Source: Anolis carolinensis
Taxonomy: Eukaryota
Assembly (NCBI RefSeq): GCF_035594765.1
Contig: NC_085842.1
Coordinates: forward strand, 146,209,036 to 146,273,035
DNA length: 64,000 nucleotides
Direction of reading: 5' to 3'
Shown: one piece after another, positions 1-12,335 of the stretch
Layout of the letters: every line of letters begins with the position of its first letter
Numbering within the stretch: position 1 is the stretch's first letter
Notes under the pieces: generated by a model
Seen by the model: the letters and a program-made list of their open reading frames with translations, nothing else
Database searches by the model: none
What the model was told of the DNA's origin: nothing
Position numbers and translations under genes: made by a program

Positions 1-420
1 TGATGGCAGCGGCTAGAATGGAAAATGCAAAATTATGGAAACAGCAAGATATACCAACATTAGAAGACTGGATTACAAGTTTTCAAGATGGCTGAAATAG
101 ACAAATTGACTACAACTCTAGAACAAGTCAACACCAAAAAGTTTAAGGAAGAATGGAAACCTTTCATGGAATGTATCAGAAGAAAATGACTACAGTTGGG
201 TCTGTTGGATAAAGACAACCCCCTTTTTCTTCTATCACCTACGAGACATTGGATACCTGATAATTTTACTTTTACTTTTATTTTTATTTTTGGATTTTTT
301 AAACAAAGATATATAAATGTTATATACTGTTAGAAAAGGAAGAAACAAAGATAGTTAAATATATTATATTAAATATATTAAAGAATAAATTAAATATATT
401 AAGTACGTAGATGAAAGACC
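1..420 (+). mobile_element. L1-like LINE 3' fragment (ORF2 C-terminus plus AT-rich 3' UTR)
   Basis: Frameshifted translation AAARMENAKLWKQQDIPTLEDW...KMAEIDKLT...KFKEEWKPF resembles the C-terminus of squamate L1 ORF2; an AT-rich tail follows. Confidence 0.55.
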
Positions 421-1462
421 ATTAAAGAATATCCGGTGCTATGGGTTATATTTCAGAAGAAGGCTGGCAAAACCATTCTGAGTATCCCCTGCCTAACAAA
501 ACTATATGAGGTTTATGGGATTGTGGTGAGTTGACACGTAATCTAAAGTACTTGCAAACATACAAGTGAAGGAGTTGAAGAAATCTGGTACTAAGAAGGG
601 AAAAACTGAAAAATAGAACAAGTACCACCTGGACACTCCACCATGCTGAACTTTATGGAACAGCAGTCAAAATAAAGTCACTGCTAAAATAAACTATGTC
701 AAATTCTATTTGGAGTTAATAAAAAGGCATTTGGGAGTGACAGTAAACAGAGGTTCTCTGGTCTGATGAGACAAAAATGTTCAAATTGGTGGAGTGTCCA
801 AGACTAAAATGTTAAATTTTGGTCTTGCAAAAACAGAAAACATTTCCTCTGTAGTAAACATTTTATGCATGCAAAAAATTTTGTGTAGTTCTATCTTCAC
901 AAAATAATTCTTCTACTACATTTTGTTGCACTGGAATATGAGATGGATACAGTGAAAGAATGCTACTTTTCTCCTACAGCATTGTTCATCTTTTCATGTG
1001 AAATCAAGGATTTATTTCCCATAACCAAAGTAATATTAGAATGGTTTAAAAATTCCCATCATGACCTAAAGACAGAGGTTGTGCAAAAGGTGCAGATATC
1101 AGAACTTACTCCATTCCAGGGGCACAGTATTAAGAATAAAGAAGGTTATCAACAATGGAAACACTGTTGTAAAGAATGCCCAGAAAGGAAAGTATTGCTT
1201 TCCCATCAATTGCTGTCTTTAAAAATTAGGATTAAAACTATTACATTTTAACCTCGGCTATAACTTTTGAGCAATTAAAAGATCTAGGAGTATTCCAAGA
1301 GAGAGCCATGTGAGGATTAAAATTAGAATATAATTATAGAATTTAACCCTGGGTAGGTTAGGCAAAGGATTGGGTCCAGGGAAGTATCCACAACACAAAA
1401 TTTGACCAATTTGATACTACTCTAATTGTGCTGCAATTATCCTGTAGAAATGAGTGGCTCAC

Positions 1463-2252
1463 CTTTCTAGTTGCATTGTCATGGACCACCACCAAGTGTC
1501 CAGCAAGGTTAAGGCAAATATTATCTGCATCTGGCCAGGTCTGCTGATGACTGGAGAAGTAGTAACATTTTGTCTGGAACTTTTGCCAGTGATCTGGACA
1601 TCGAGGAATAACTGCAAAGCACAGAGACCTGGATAAGACAGCATGACATTGAGAGGATTCTGTCTTCCCAAAATAAACATGCACCACCAACCTCAGCTAC
1701 TATCATAACCACTTCTTCACACTAGCACAGCTTCTACTGGACTCTCCATTATGTGGGTCCAATACTATGAATGTGAATATTTGTTTGTTTGTTTGTTCAA
1801 CCTCAGCCTGAGTACAGACATGTTGTCTTTGGTCACTACCATGGATCATCACATCAGGCTGATGTATTATACAACAAAGGCTTGTTCTGCCCCTTTTCTT
1901 TTGGATTGTGTGGCTCTGAGCGTAATCTTCTCTATAGCAGCCTGGTTACTAGTTCCCACGTATGTTTGTTTGACTATGACTCTAGAGCAGGGGTCCTTAA
2001 ACTTTTAAAGCAGAGGGCCGGTCCACAATCCTTCAGACAGTTGAGGGGCCAAATTATCATTTGGGGGGAAAAACCGAACAAATTCCTATGCACACTGCAC
2101 ATGTCTTATTTGTAGTGCAAAACAACAATAACAATGAAAGAACAATACAATATTTAAAAATGAAAATAATTTTAACCAACATAAACCTATCAGGATTTCA
2201 ATAGGAAGTGTGGGTCTGCTTCTGGCCAATGAGATAGTCAGGTTAATTAGGG

Positions 2253-2295
<43 letters not shown>

Positions 2296-5200
2296 GTGTC
2301 TTCAAGTCATTTCAGACTTTGGGCAAGCCTAAGTCCAAAATTATTTATTTATTCATTTACTACATTTATTTACTACATTTATATCCCACCCTTCTCACCC
2401 CGAAGGGAACTCAGAGCAGCTGTATGTACATACAATATATTATATTATTAGCATAGCACAATATTAGCATTATACTATATTGAACTATACCACTATACTG
2501 TAATATTATATGTAATATATAACATATAATTAATATTATCATATGGTATTATTGTTAGCATTATATTGTATAAAATGATAATATTCTTATCAATATTATG
2601 TATATACAATATATTATATTATTAAAACTAATATAAAAATATTATATTATAAATGAGGGTGGGGGCCAGGTAAATTACCTTGGAGGGCCGCATCCGGCCC
2701 CCGGGCCTTAGTTTGGGGACCCCTGCTCTAGAGACTAGGGTTCAGTTCTCTGTTTGGCAGTGAAAACTCACTGGCTGACCTTGGATGAATCACACATTTT
2801 TAGTCCCAGAAAATCATATGATAAGTTCACTTAGGGTCAATGTAAGTAGGAAATGACATGAAGGTACACAGAACAGCACAGGCACATGCTTCTTATATCC
2901 AAAGAAAACAGTGGCAACTTAGTATTCTTTTTATTCATGAAAAACAAACCCACATTTGAGGATTTTGACAACTGGCCTAAATTTATCTCCATACGCACCT
3001 CATTATGTCCACCTGATCCTCCAACTCATCGAGTCTATCCTTCCTTCTTCTCAAAAAACCAAGTGTGAATTCACTAGCTAGCTACCCACATGCTTTCAAT
3101 CTATATGTGTAAGAGATGAAAATGTAGACTCAGACAATCTACAAAAGGTTTATTTTTATTTCAGAATGAGCTGAGTCTTCTTCATTGGCTAACCACTCTG
3201 TTTATTCCGTTCTTCAACAAAAGTAGTGCTATCATACAAGCTACCATAATATCTCTAAAAATATGTTCAAAATACAAATAATATTAAAAAAGACCCACAA
3301 CAATTAAACATAGTAACAGCAATCTAAATGCCACTCAAAGCCTGAAGGGACAGAGACACTTTCCTCAGGCCGGTTCCACACAGGGGAAAAGTCTGCTCCA
3401 ACCTGGGTTACGACAGACTTCTGTCCCCACATCAGCTTGAAAAACCCATGCTTTTGGAGGGAGGTGTCTAGATGCCCTCCTGGAATCTTCCAGGAGAACA
3501 AGGAGACACCCACACCACCTCCCCAAAACCCCTTTAAAAACCCCCCAAAAGAGAAAACAACTTACCAGACAGCCATTACACTGCTGCCGGAGGTCTCCTG
3601 ATGCGTAGAAAGGACACACTAGGAGAAGGATGGGAAAGGAGCAAAATAGTTCCTTGCCCCCCTTCTCCTGGCACATCATCTTACATGCCAGGAGAACTCT
3701 GGCAGTAGTCTAATGGTGGTCTGATAAGCTTTTTTTTTTCTCTTTTTGAGTTTTTTTAAAGGGGTTTCTGGGGAGGGGGTTGGTGCCCTTGATTCAGCCC
3801 AGATTCAGCCCAGAAGTCACCTATGCAGACTGCCCCCTCGGTAATCCCAGGACTACTGAGGGGCAGCCTAGACAGGGTCCATACTGGATTAGACCCAGGT
3901 CTTTTAGGAATACTCGGGTCTTTCAAGAAGATCCAGATTTAATCCAGTACCAAATTAATTCAGGACAAAGCAGGGTTTTCCTTTGGATGCCCCAGGTAAA
4001 AGAACGAGTGGGCTTTTTTTGGGTGCTGTCTGGATGCACCCTCAGGCTTCTAAATCTGTGAAGATGTTTCTGTCCATTGCATATTTGTTGTTTATTGGCT
4101 ATTGTTTTCACTTAGTTTTAGTTGCCATGAAAAGAAACCATGCATTTAAAAATGATTTGTTGTCACTATTTGAGGCGTTGCTGCACTAGACTAGTGGAAT
4201 TGTCCAACATAAATTCCTTAAAAAAACAAACATTAGCAGAGAAGTTTTAATAGAAGCTCTTTTCTTTGGTGCTAATATATGGGGGGAGAATCCAGATCTC
4301 CTTTTTGTGCTATCCTGATAATCCTTTCCATAGGGTTTTAATTCTTTAAAATTAGAAATGCTTCATTGGAGTCATAAGACTAAATTACATCTAGCAGGGG
4401 TGGGAGGAAGACTAAAGCTGAAGATAAAAGGGAACCAAAATGGTTTAAATCCCCACTCAGTCATGAAAATCCCTTGATTTCCTAAAACAAAGGCAATGGC
4501 ACACTTCCTCTGAACAAATCTTGCTAGGAAGAACTTGTAATGGTGTTGCCATAAGTCAGAGTCAATGTGAAGGCAAGTAGCCTTGCATCTAAAAATCAGT
4601 CTTAGAGCGTGCAGAGAAAGTGTTTCCTTGTCTGAAGAGGAACCCATCCATTGTATTTCTGTATGAGTCCTTGTTTTTGGGACAAGTGAGAGAACTAAAA
4701 TCTGCTCCATCTCTCTGCACCCTGTGTAGATGAATGATATTATCTCAGGAAATGCACAGAAACTGAACAGCATGACCCATCCCCATTTGTGCTTGATTGG
4801 AAGAAAGCAAAAGCAGCATAGAGGACAATCTGCTCATGGATTGGTACTTTAGACACAAATGGGCTCTCTCTTATTTGTTCAGTTTATTGTGGTGATCCAT
4901 TTGCAATGTGGCAAATCGTTTTGGAAGACAGGATTAGCTTGAATATTAACAATGGCATTTTTCAATAATGTCATATAAATTCACTGTGGAACTTACATTT
5001 CAAGAAGGCCAGGACAAAAGCAGAGATGGCTATTAACAGGAAAGCGCACATCAAGATGGAAAGGAGGCCAATCCAAGAATACCGTTTTGTATTGTCAGTA
5101 TGTGTGGTGGGCCTGAGCACATCTGTAAATAACCAAAGTGATCTTATAGCACAAGATAGTTGGTATAAAGCAGTAGGACACATGTGGCCAGCACACATCG

Positions 5201-8200
5201 TAATGAGAGGGAAATAATCATAAACAGGAACTAATATAGCCATCGCAAAAGTTGGGAAACACTGCAGGAGCTGAGATCAAAAAGGACGTAAGATGGGTTG
5301 ATGTGGGAGGACTGATATTCCATCATGCCTTGGTGCATGGCATGTGAGCCTATCATCTTTGCACCTTCTAACTCCAGTACTTTTGAGAAAACAGAGGACA
5401 CGCCTAGGCTGAGCCGATGAAAAAGAATAAAGCCCTGTATTATAAAATCTGGAGCAGGCGAGTTGTGATTTAAGATGAAGAATAAGAATCTTACCTTTGC
5501 ATTCTGTTCTTAGCTCTTAGAGAAAAATGGGTCTAATATGTAGAACTGATAATAGAATAATACATTGGAAGAGACCACAGGGGCCACCTAGTCTGACCCC
5601 CTGCCATGCAGGAAAAGCACAATCAAAGCAGTAGTGCTGAGAAAAGCTATTACTCAAGAGTGTGTTTATTTTACCCCTCTTCTCAAATATGACTCATCAG
5701 TCTGACAAATAATTTTGTTTTATGAATTATAACTTATGGGTTATGAGAACTAAAGATATCTAAAATAATATTATGATGTGGCCTCTCATCTCAAAGGGCT
5801 TCATCAAGCAGCACTTTGGTTAGATGGTCTGTGATAGAGTGACTTCTTAAAAAGACTCTATTGGGATTTATGCAGGTGATGGGTGCTTCCACACTAGACT
5901 TAAATGGGCATTGAAGTGGATTAAAAAAACCTGCTTCGGCACGCATTTAAATCTTCACACACACACCCCAAAAGCCAGGCTTTCCCGGGGTGGGGTCTAT
6001 GTGCCACCCCAAAGCCCCCCAAAATAATTCCTAAAAGTTTAAAAAAAATATCATGCAATATTATCTTCCCTTTTGCGCTCTCCTGGCCTGAGAAAATAAC
6101 ATGACAGGAGACCGGGGGAGGGGGGGATTTTCCTTCTTGCCTCCCCTCTCCTGGCACGTCATTTCCTTGTGCCAGGAAACCACAAGGAGAAAATAATGGC
6201 AACCGGGTAAGTTTATAAAAACCCTTTAGGCGTTATTTTAGGGTTTTGGGGGAGGGGTGGGTGTCCGCTTGGTTTTTTGTACCCATGGAGCCCTAAAAAC
6301 CAAGATGGCTGTGTGGACTGGGCCCAGGGATTGCGTGACGTGGTCCCTGGACTCAATCCACACAGGGCCCACACTTGGTAAGGCCCAGATCTTACCAGGT
6401 TTCTAATTAATTCAGAACATCTAGTTTGTTACAAACTAATTCAATTCTACCAGAGACGTCATTTGAATGCCTCCAGTAAAACCAAGACAGGTTTCAGTTT
6501 AAAGGCCTGTCTGGATGGGCCCAATGAGAATATTAATTTTCCACATTGTTTGCTAAAAGCCTTTTTTAATCTTCAAGCTAGGAAAATATGACTTATGGAT
6601 CTGATGGCCAAGAATGTTAGTGCTGTTAATCATTTCTTACCTGGTCTGGCCTTCATGGTTTGTTCTGGGACTTGTTGCTGCCATTTTAGGAAACTTGAAG
6701 GTATAACATTCTCATAATCCCTTTCAGAATTTGCAATACTGACCTCAGACCCTAGAGAAAGAAACAACTGAGAAATTCTGGTCTTCAAAAGTAAAGCTTG
6801 CTTGTTTAATCCCCATGACAGAGATGTGAAATTGCCATGAATCACAGCATCAGGTAAATATGCCTCAGATCCTATTCATATAAACACATTCACTGGAAAA
6901 ATAACAATTCCTTAAATATCCACTCCCTATTTACAGAGAAGCTTCTCCCTATGACATCTTAAAAATCACATTGGAGGATCTATGTATATGTGCAAACTGA
7001 TCCGCTGGCTGGCTGGCTGGCTAGCTGGCTGGCAAGCTTTTCAGAAGCATTGGCATTGGAAGAAAGGTGAAGGAGGAAAAGCTGGAGGAACACAGTCTTG
7101 ATTTTGTCTGCAGCGTTTGGTAGTAAATAGACAAGATCTTGAACTAGAAAGATAAGGCACATTACTGAAGGCTCCCTCATATTTGGCAATGTTTTCACAG
7201 CCTAAAGGTAAGGCACATCACTGAAGACTACCTCGGACTTGGCAATGTTTACACAGCCTAAAGAAGCGGAGCTTCTAGGATCTTTAGTGCAATGTTTTTA
7301 TGGATAACCTCAGTGGCCTGAGGCCCAGGGAATTTTAATGGTACATGTCGTAGTTATTAAGCTTGTTGTATATGGTTTATGGGGCCCCTGGTGGCACAGT
7401 AGAAATGGAGATGAGCACCAACCCCAAGAGTCAGACACGACTGGACTTAACGTCAGGGGAAACCTTTACCTATATGGTTTATGTAATGTGTTATTTATTT
7501 ATCTGTTATGATGTTGTGCTATCTATGTCATGTAATTTTTGTTGTTTTAACCATCGTTTGCCGCTTTGAATCCCACCCATGGGAGAAAAGCGGGAGAAAA
7601 ATAAATAAATAATAGCTAATCCTATTGTAACAATATGTGGCTCCCAGTGGTGAATATCCTGGAAAGCACTTCCTTTACAAAGGATAGAATTAACAGATTA
7701 TTTGTGTTTGTAAACAAAATGTTTTCCTGGCTGTTCCCTAAGAGGGTATTGGTGGGGAAGGAGTAAAATCATGGGAATGTAAAGACACTTTCTGGAACAT
7801 GGCCACACAGCCCGAAAGACATACAACAACCCTGTGATTCTGGCCATGAAAGCCTTCGACAACATAAAGACACCATTGTTCTGCTGTAATTGTCATTTGC
7901 CTCCCCTGTGTGATAAATTCATAACTAGTAAATAATCTGAATCCAGATGAAATGTAGCACTCTGTCCAGGGTACTACTTTTATCCTTTCTTTACTTTACA
8001 CACTCTCTCACACAAATTGCCCAAAATTTTGAAAGCATTATTTGAATGACATCAACGTTCCTTTCTTTTTCAACCAAAGGCCAGAAAACGCAGAATAGTG
8101 TAACATCCCTAATGACTGCTGGAGAGGAAATGAGGGGTGGATGGAAGGGACATGTGATAGAATGTATGATCTACCACATGAGTTGCTGAACTGCAATTGT

Positions 8201-9159
8201 CAACCCCTGTGAACTATGATGATCTGTCCATAAGCAGTGTAATTATTCTAAGAAAGACACTGAAGAGAAAGCTAAAACCGATACTGAAGATAGACTAGGG
8301 TAAGTCCGATGGGCCAGCATGATGTATTGGTTTGAGTATGGACTCTGTAAACCAGGGTTTTCATCGCCATTTGGTGATGTAAACCCTCTGGGTGATTCTG
8401 GGCAATTCACATTCTCTCAGCCTCAGAGGAAGCCAAAGGCAAACCCTCTCTGAACAAACCTTACCAAGAAAATTCCATCATAGGGTCACTATAAAGTGAA
8501 AACAATCTGAGAGCACCCAACAACAAGTTAATCTTGGATAAAGCACTGCTTCCCTAACATTAAGCTGACATTAAAAACAAGTCAGTCAGAAAACTGGTGA
8601 GAAATCTCATTTAGGATTGAATGCTAGCTTCCTACCAATTCAGATCATCATTCTCCCCTACAATCAGGTTTCCTGGCCACTAAAAGTGAAAAAGCATTCT
8701 CCCTTCCCTTAGACATATTGAGGTTATCCCCACAACCCCTTTAGATTTATTCAGATTAAAGGCCCTTCCACACAGCCATATAACCCAAAATATCAAGGCA
8801 GAAAATCCCACAATATCTGCTTGAAACTAAATTATCTGAGTCCACACTGCCATATATTCTAGCTTAAAGCAGAAAATGTAGGATTTTATTCAGCTGTGTG
8901 GAAGGGGCCTTAGTGGGGCAAATAGCTTCTGCTCTATTTTGCACAGGATGTATCTCTGTTCCAAGACATTTGGCAAGCCTTTCTGCCCCTTGTCAAGTTT
9001 TAGTCTCACTTTGTAAAAGTTGCTTCAGTGATTGGAGTGAATAGCACAATTCATCAGAACAAAGTGTAGATAAGTTATAATATTATAAAGACGTCTTTCA
9101 CGGCAATGTGGTCCAAACTCCCTCCGAGCTTAGTTCTTACCTGGTCTACGGGTCTCCAT
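1463..9159 (-). CDS. Type II transmembrane C-type lectin-like receptor A (partial; remaining CTLD exons not found, probably beyond the left edge)
   Basis: Exons with GT/AG ends and consistent phase: 9159-9141 (METRRP), 6751-6641 (GSEVSIANSERDYENVIPSS...KARP), possible 21-nt micro-exon 5515-5495, 5122-4997 (TM: YSWIGLLSILMCAFLLIAISAFVLAFLK), 1611-1463 (CTLD start IPRCPDHWQKFQTKCYYFSSHQQTWPDADNICLNLAGHLVVV). Confidence 0.8.
1988..2725. mobile_element. Non-autonomous hAT DNA transposon
   Basis: TIRs CAGGGGTCC...GGACCCCTG; 8-bp TSD CTCTAGAG at 1980-1987 and 2726-2733; contains a (GTT)n tract and an AT-rich interior. Confidence 0.85.
2252..2293. repeat. (GTT)n microsatellite
   Basis: Direct reading. 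Confidence 0.95.
7380..7612 (+). mobile_element. Deleted or chimeric Sauria-type SINE
   Basis: GGGGCCCCTGGTGGCACAG head, GGGGAAACCTTTACCT motif and a GAAAAGCGGG...AAATAAATAAAT tail. Confidence 0.5.
8760..8910. mobile_element. Palindromic MITE (Harbinger/PIF-like)
   Basis: TIRs GGCCCTTCCACACAGC...GCTGTGTGGAAGGGGCC; many related copies in the window. Confidence 0.7.
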
Positions 9160-9199
9160 GTGTTGTTCTTCCCTGGTGTTGAGCAGCTTCAATGTGGCA

Positions 9200-9360
9200 G
9201 GACAGTTGAGTCATTTAACATTCTTTCTCAAGTGAGCAGTGTGTCTATTTCCGCAAAGACAATGATCCATTTGTAAAGGAGTGGATCTCAACGGTTGCTG
9301 CATCTTGCAAAAAAGCCTCACAGGCTCTTCCTGTAGCTGAGAAACCACAGACAATGTAGT
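9200..9360 (-). promoter_or_regulatory. Candidate promoter of lectin A
   Basis: AP-1 TGAGTCA 9207-9213, ETS core CTTCCT 9327-9332 and RUNX AACCACA 9343-9349, directly upstream of the ATG exon. Confidence 0.4.
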
Positions 9361-10095
9361 TCCCAAAACATGATTCCTATGCCAGCTCCTTCAGATTACT
9401 CCCCTGTCAGTAAAGGTCAATAAAACCAAACAAGAGAAAAATAGGGAAAAGATTATAATGTATAAGAGTCACAGGGGTTCGTGAAAAAATATATATTTTT
9501 TAAAAAAAATATCAATGTCACTGTATGGACTATTTTTAAAAAATGGACTAGTTATCTCATGAACCCTTGTGAGTCTTATTTTCATTTCTGTTTCTGAATA
9601 AGCAAGAAACAATATAGAAAGGGAAGTCAGGGAATGTAAATGATATTTTCTCCTACTAGATCTGAGGTGGGTAGGTGTGGAGGCAGAGTTGCAGTGGTCT
9701 ACTGTTAAACCATCCCACTGATCAGATGCCCTATCCTACAGTCTGAGGGATTTGAATATATCCATTTAAAGTGCGAAATTGATTCTGTCAGTGCTACCCA
9801 CCATACTGCTCAATGGCCTTCCTTCTTGAGCTAGCTGTGTGGATTGAGTTGGCGCTGGAATTTTTTCCACTAGTGATGCTGGAGGACTTCATGCTAAAGC
9901 TGTTTCATTTGGAGTGGTTCAAGACTTCATGGCTGCCATGACAATCATGAATCTGTCCCATGTAATATTCAGCCTAATTCGTATTGCTGGCCACACTTTA
10001 GAGCTAGATGGGATGATGATGATCTTAGAATGGAGCAAGTTTTTATCATTCTGTTGTCATAGACTGAGAATTGGAGCCTTTGTGGGGGTGGGGGA

Positions 10096-10153
<58 letters not shown>
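10096..10153. repeat. (TTA)n microsatellite
   Basis: Direct reading. Confidence 0.95.
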
Positions 10154-10154
<1 letters not shown>

Positions 10155-10546
10155 GTAAGTAAGTAAAGTAAGTAAGGGGGAAATATTAACATGGCCTATC
10201 CCAGAAGGTTGATGGATGTGGATGGCTTCTTGAAGTGTTTCCTGCTATCTCAGGTTTAAGGTTTAACACTTAACAAAATCAGTTTAGAAATCTTGGACAC
10301 GTTTTCATGTCTTGCTTTATCAATCTGCTTATCTTGTGATGCTGAGTTATAGCTAGATACCCTGTTTATATAATGGGTTAAACATTGGTACTAACAGATC
10401 CCTAGGGTCTATTTACATTATAAAATATAGCACTGGGGTGTCATTTTAACTGCCATGGTTCCATCTTATGAAATACTGAGATTGACAGTGAAACTGGGAA
10501 AATTGAGAGCTCTTGAGTAGAGTGCTCTCTTGCCTCTATGGTAGTG

Positions 10547-10681
10547 CAGTGGTTGTCAACCTAGGGTTCCCAAATGTTTTTGGCCTTCAACTCCCAGATA
10601 TCCTAACAGCCAGTAAAGTGGCTGGGATTTCTAGGAGTTGAAGGCCAAAAACATCTGGAGACCCCAGGTTAAGAACCACTG
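10547..10681. mobile_element. Short hAT-type MITE
   Basis: CAGTGGTT...AACCACTG termini around a hairpin core; related copies at about 43022-43157, 43365-43496 and 61029-61163. Confidence 0.7.
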
Positions 10682-11439
10682 CTCTAGTGGGACTATGATA
10701 ATTAAAGTGGAATAATAGTATTACAATTCTATAGTGAGAATAGACTCCTGGTTGACTGCTGGAATGTGAAAATGGCATGACTGGCTGTGGGTATAGCTTA
10801 TTTCAGAACAGAGCCAAGTCAGCTCCCTGCTTTTTCAAGGAGCTAGCTGTGAGCAAGTGAGATGGAAGGCAGAATAATGTTAGCAGAAAACCTCAAATCT
10901 AACTAAATACATACTGTTCAAAGGTTTACTCTGTAGCAATGCAGGCAACAAAGAAATGATTGTTTTCTGTCATCATTGCATCTACAAAAGAGACATCTGG
11001 CAAAGCTGTTTCAAATACTCCAAGGTCTATTACCTTCCTGTTCCCAAGAAGATAAACCACTCAACACTGTGAAGAAGTTGCAGATGGAAATAGTGTAAAC
11101 TTATCACTAACATGATTCTCGATAAAGCACATATTACATTCCTTCTGAAATTCTTTCAATTTTTCCCATTAGCCAATGCATGGAGTGAATATTGTTCAAC
11201 TTTATTGTAGCTTTCTTCAACCTGCAACCTCCAGTTGTATTTAATGACAATTTCCATTATCATTATTCAGGTGCTTGGATTGCAGTACAATACATCTTAA
11301 GGTCACAGGGTTGAGGACAAAGGATGTGGCTGATAAACCTAGACTATATATATAACAAAATGTCGAATTTGCCTATTTTTCTCCAGGCACAAACTTCCTT
11401 AATTACAGCTGTTGGGGATAAGAGACAAGGCCTTCTTAG

Positions 11440-11883
11440 GCCCCTTCCACACAGCTGTATAAAATCCACATTGAACTGGATTATATAGCAGTGTGGACTC
11501 AGCTAACCCAGTTCAAACCAGATATTGTGCTGTGTGGAAGGGCCCTTAGAGGCTGGTCCTAGGCTTTGAAACTCCCTTTCTAGGCACCCTAGGGCCTTTC
11601 CACACAGCCGTGTAACCCAGAATATCGAGGCAGGAAATCTGGTTTGAACTGGGTTATCTGAGTCCACACTGTCACATATTTAAGTTCAAAGCAGAAAATG
11701 TGGGATTTTATTCAGCTGTGTGGAAGGGGCCTTAGGCTCTTTCTACACTGCCATATAAAATCCAGATTATCTGCTTTTAACTGGTTTATATGGCAGTGCA
11801 GCCTCATTTAATCCAGTTCAAGGTAGATAGTGTGTTTTATCTGCTTTGATAATCTGGATTATATGGCAGTGTAGAAGAGGCAT
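11440..11883. mobile_element. Cluster of three palindromic Harbinger-like MITEs
   Basis: Repeated GGCCCCTTCCACAC / GTGTGGAAGGGGCC-type termini with TTA/TAG flanks. Confidence 0.7.
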
Positions 11884-12335
11884 TAGAGTTCTTCCCTTTA
11901 CAGGCATTTTTAAATTATTATTCTGACAAGGTTTTGATAATCAAAGGTTTTTAAAGAAAGGATTTTAAGAGGTTGCTGCAGTGGCACTTTTTACAATTAC
12001 ATTTTTTAGCTGGATGCTTTTGTTTTTAAATATTGTTGGTATTTTGTTGGAGGTTTTTTTTAAATATATATATATTTAAAGCTATATTGAATTTTGATTT
12101 AAAAACTGTTTGAATCCTGGTTCTGGTGAGATGAAAGCTTATAAAGAAAGATAATAATCATAGAACTGGTTCATAAAATGGCTATTCCCCCGCTGTAAAC
12201 ATGTTACCCCACCTCAATAATGCTGTTGCACCCCTTCCCTTTTCTTTGCTTATATAGTTCACCATAGTCAGCAGTGACTACACAAGAGACTGGCTCCAGA
12301 GTTAAGAAATTCCTTTTGAGTACTTGTGCAGCATT

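Noticed and set aside
2900-3260. Possible neck exon of lectin A
   Set aside because: No candidate had both convincing splice sites and an open phase-1 frame.
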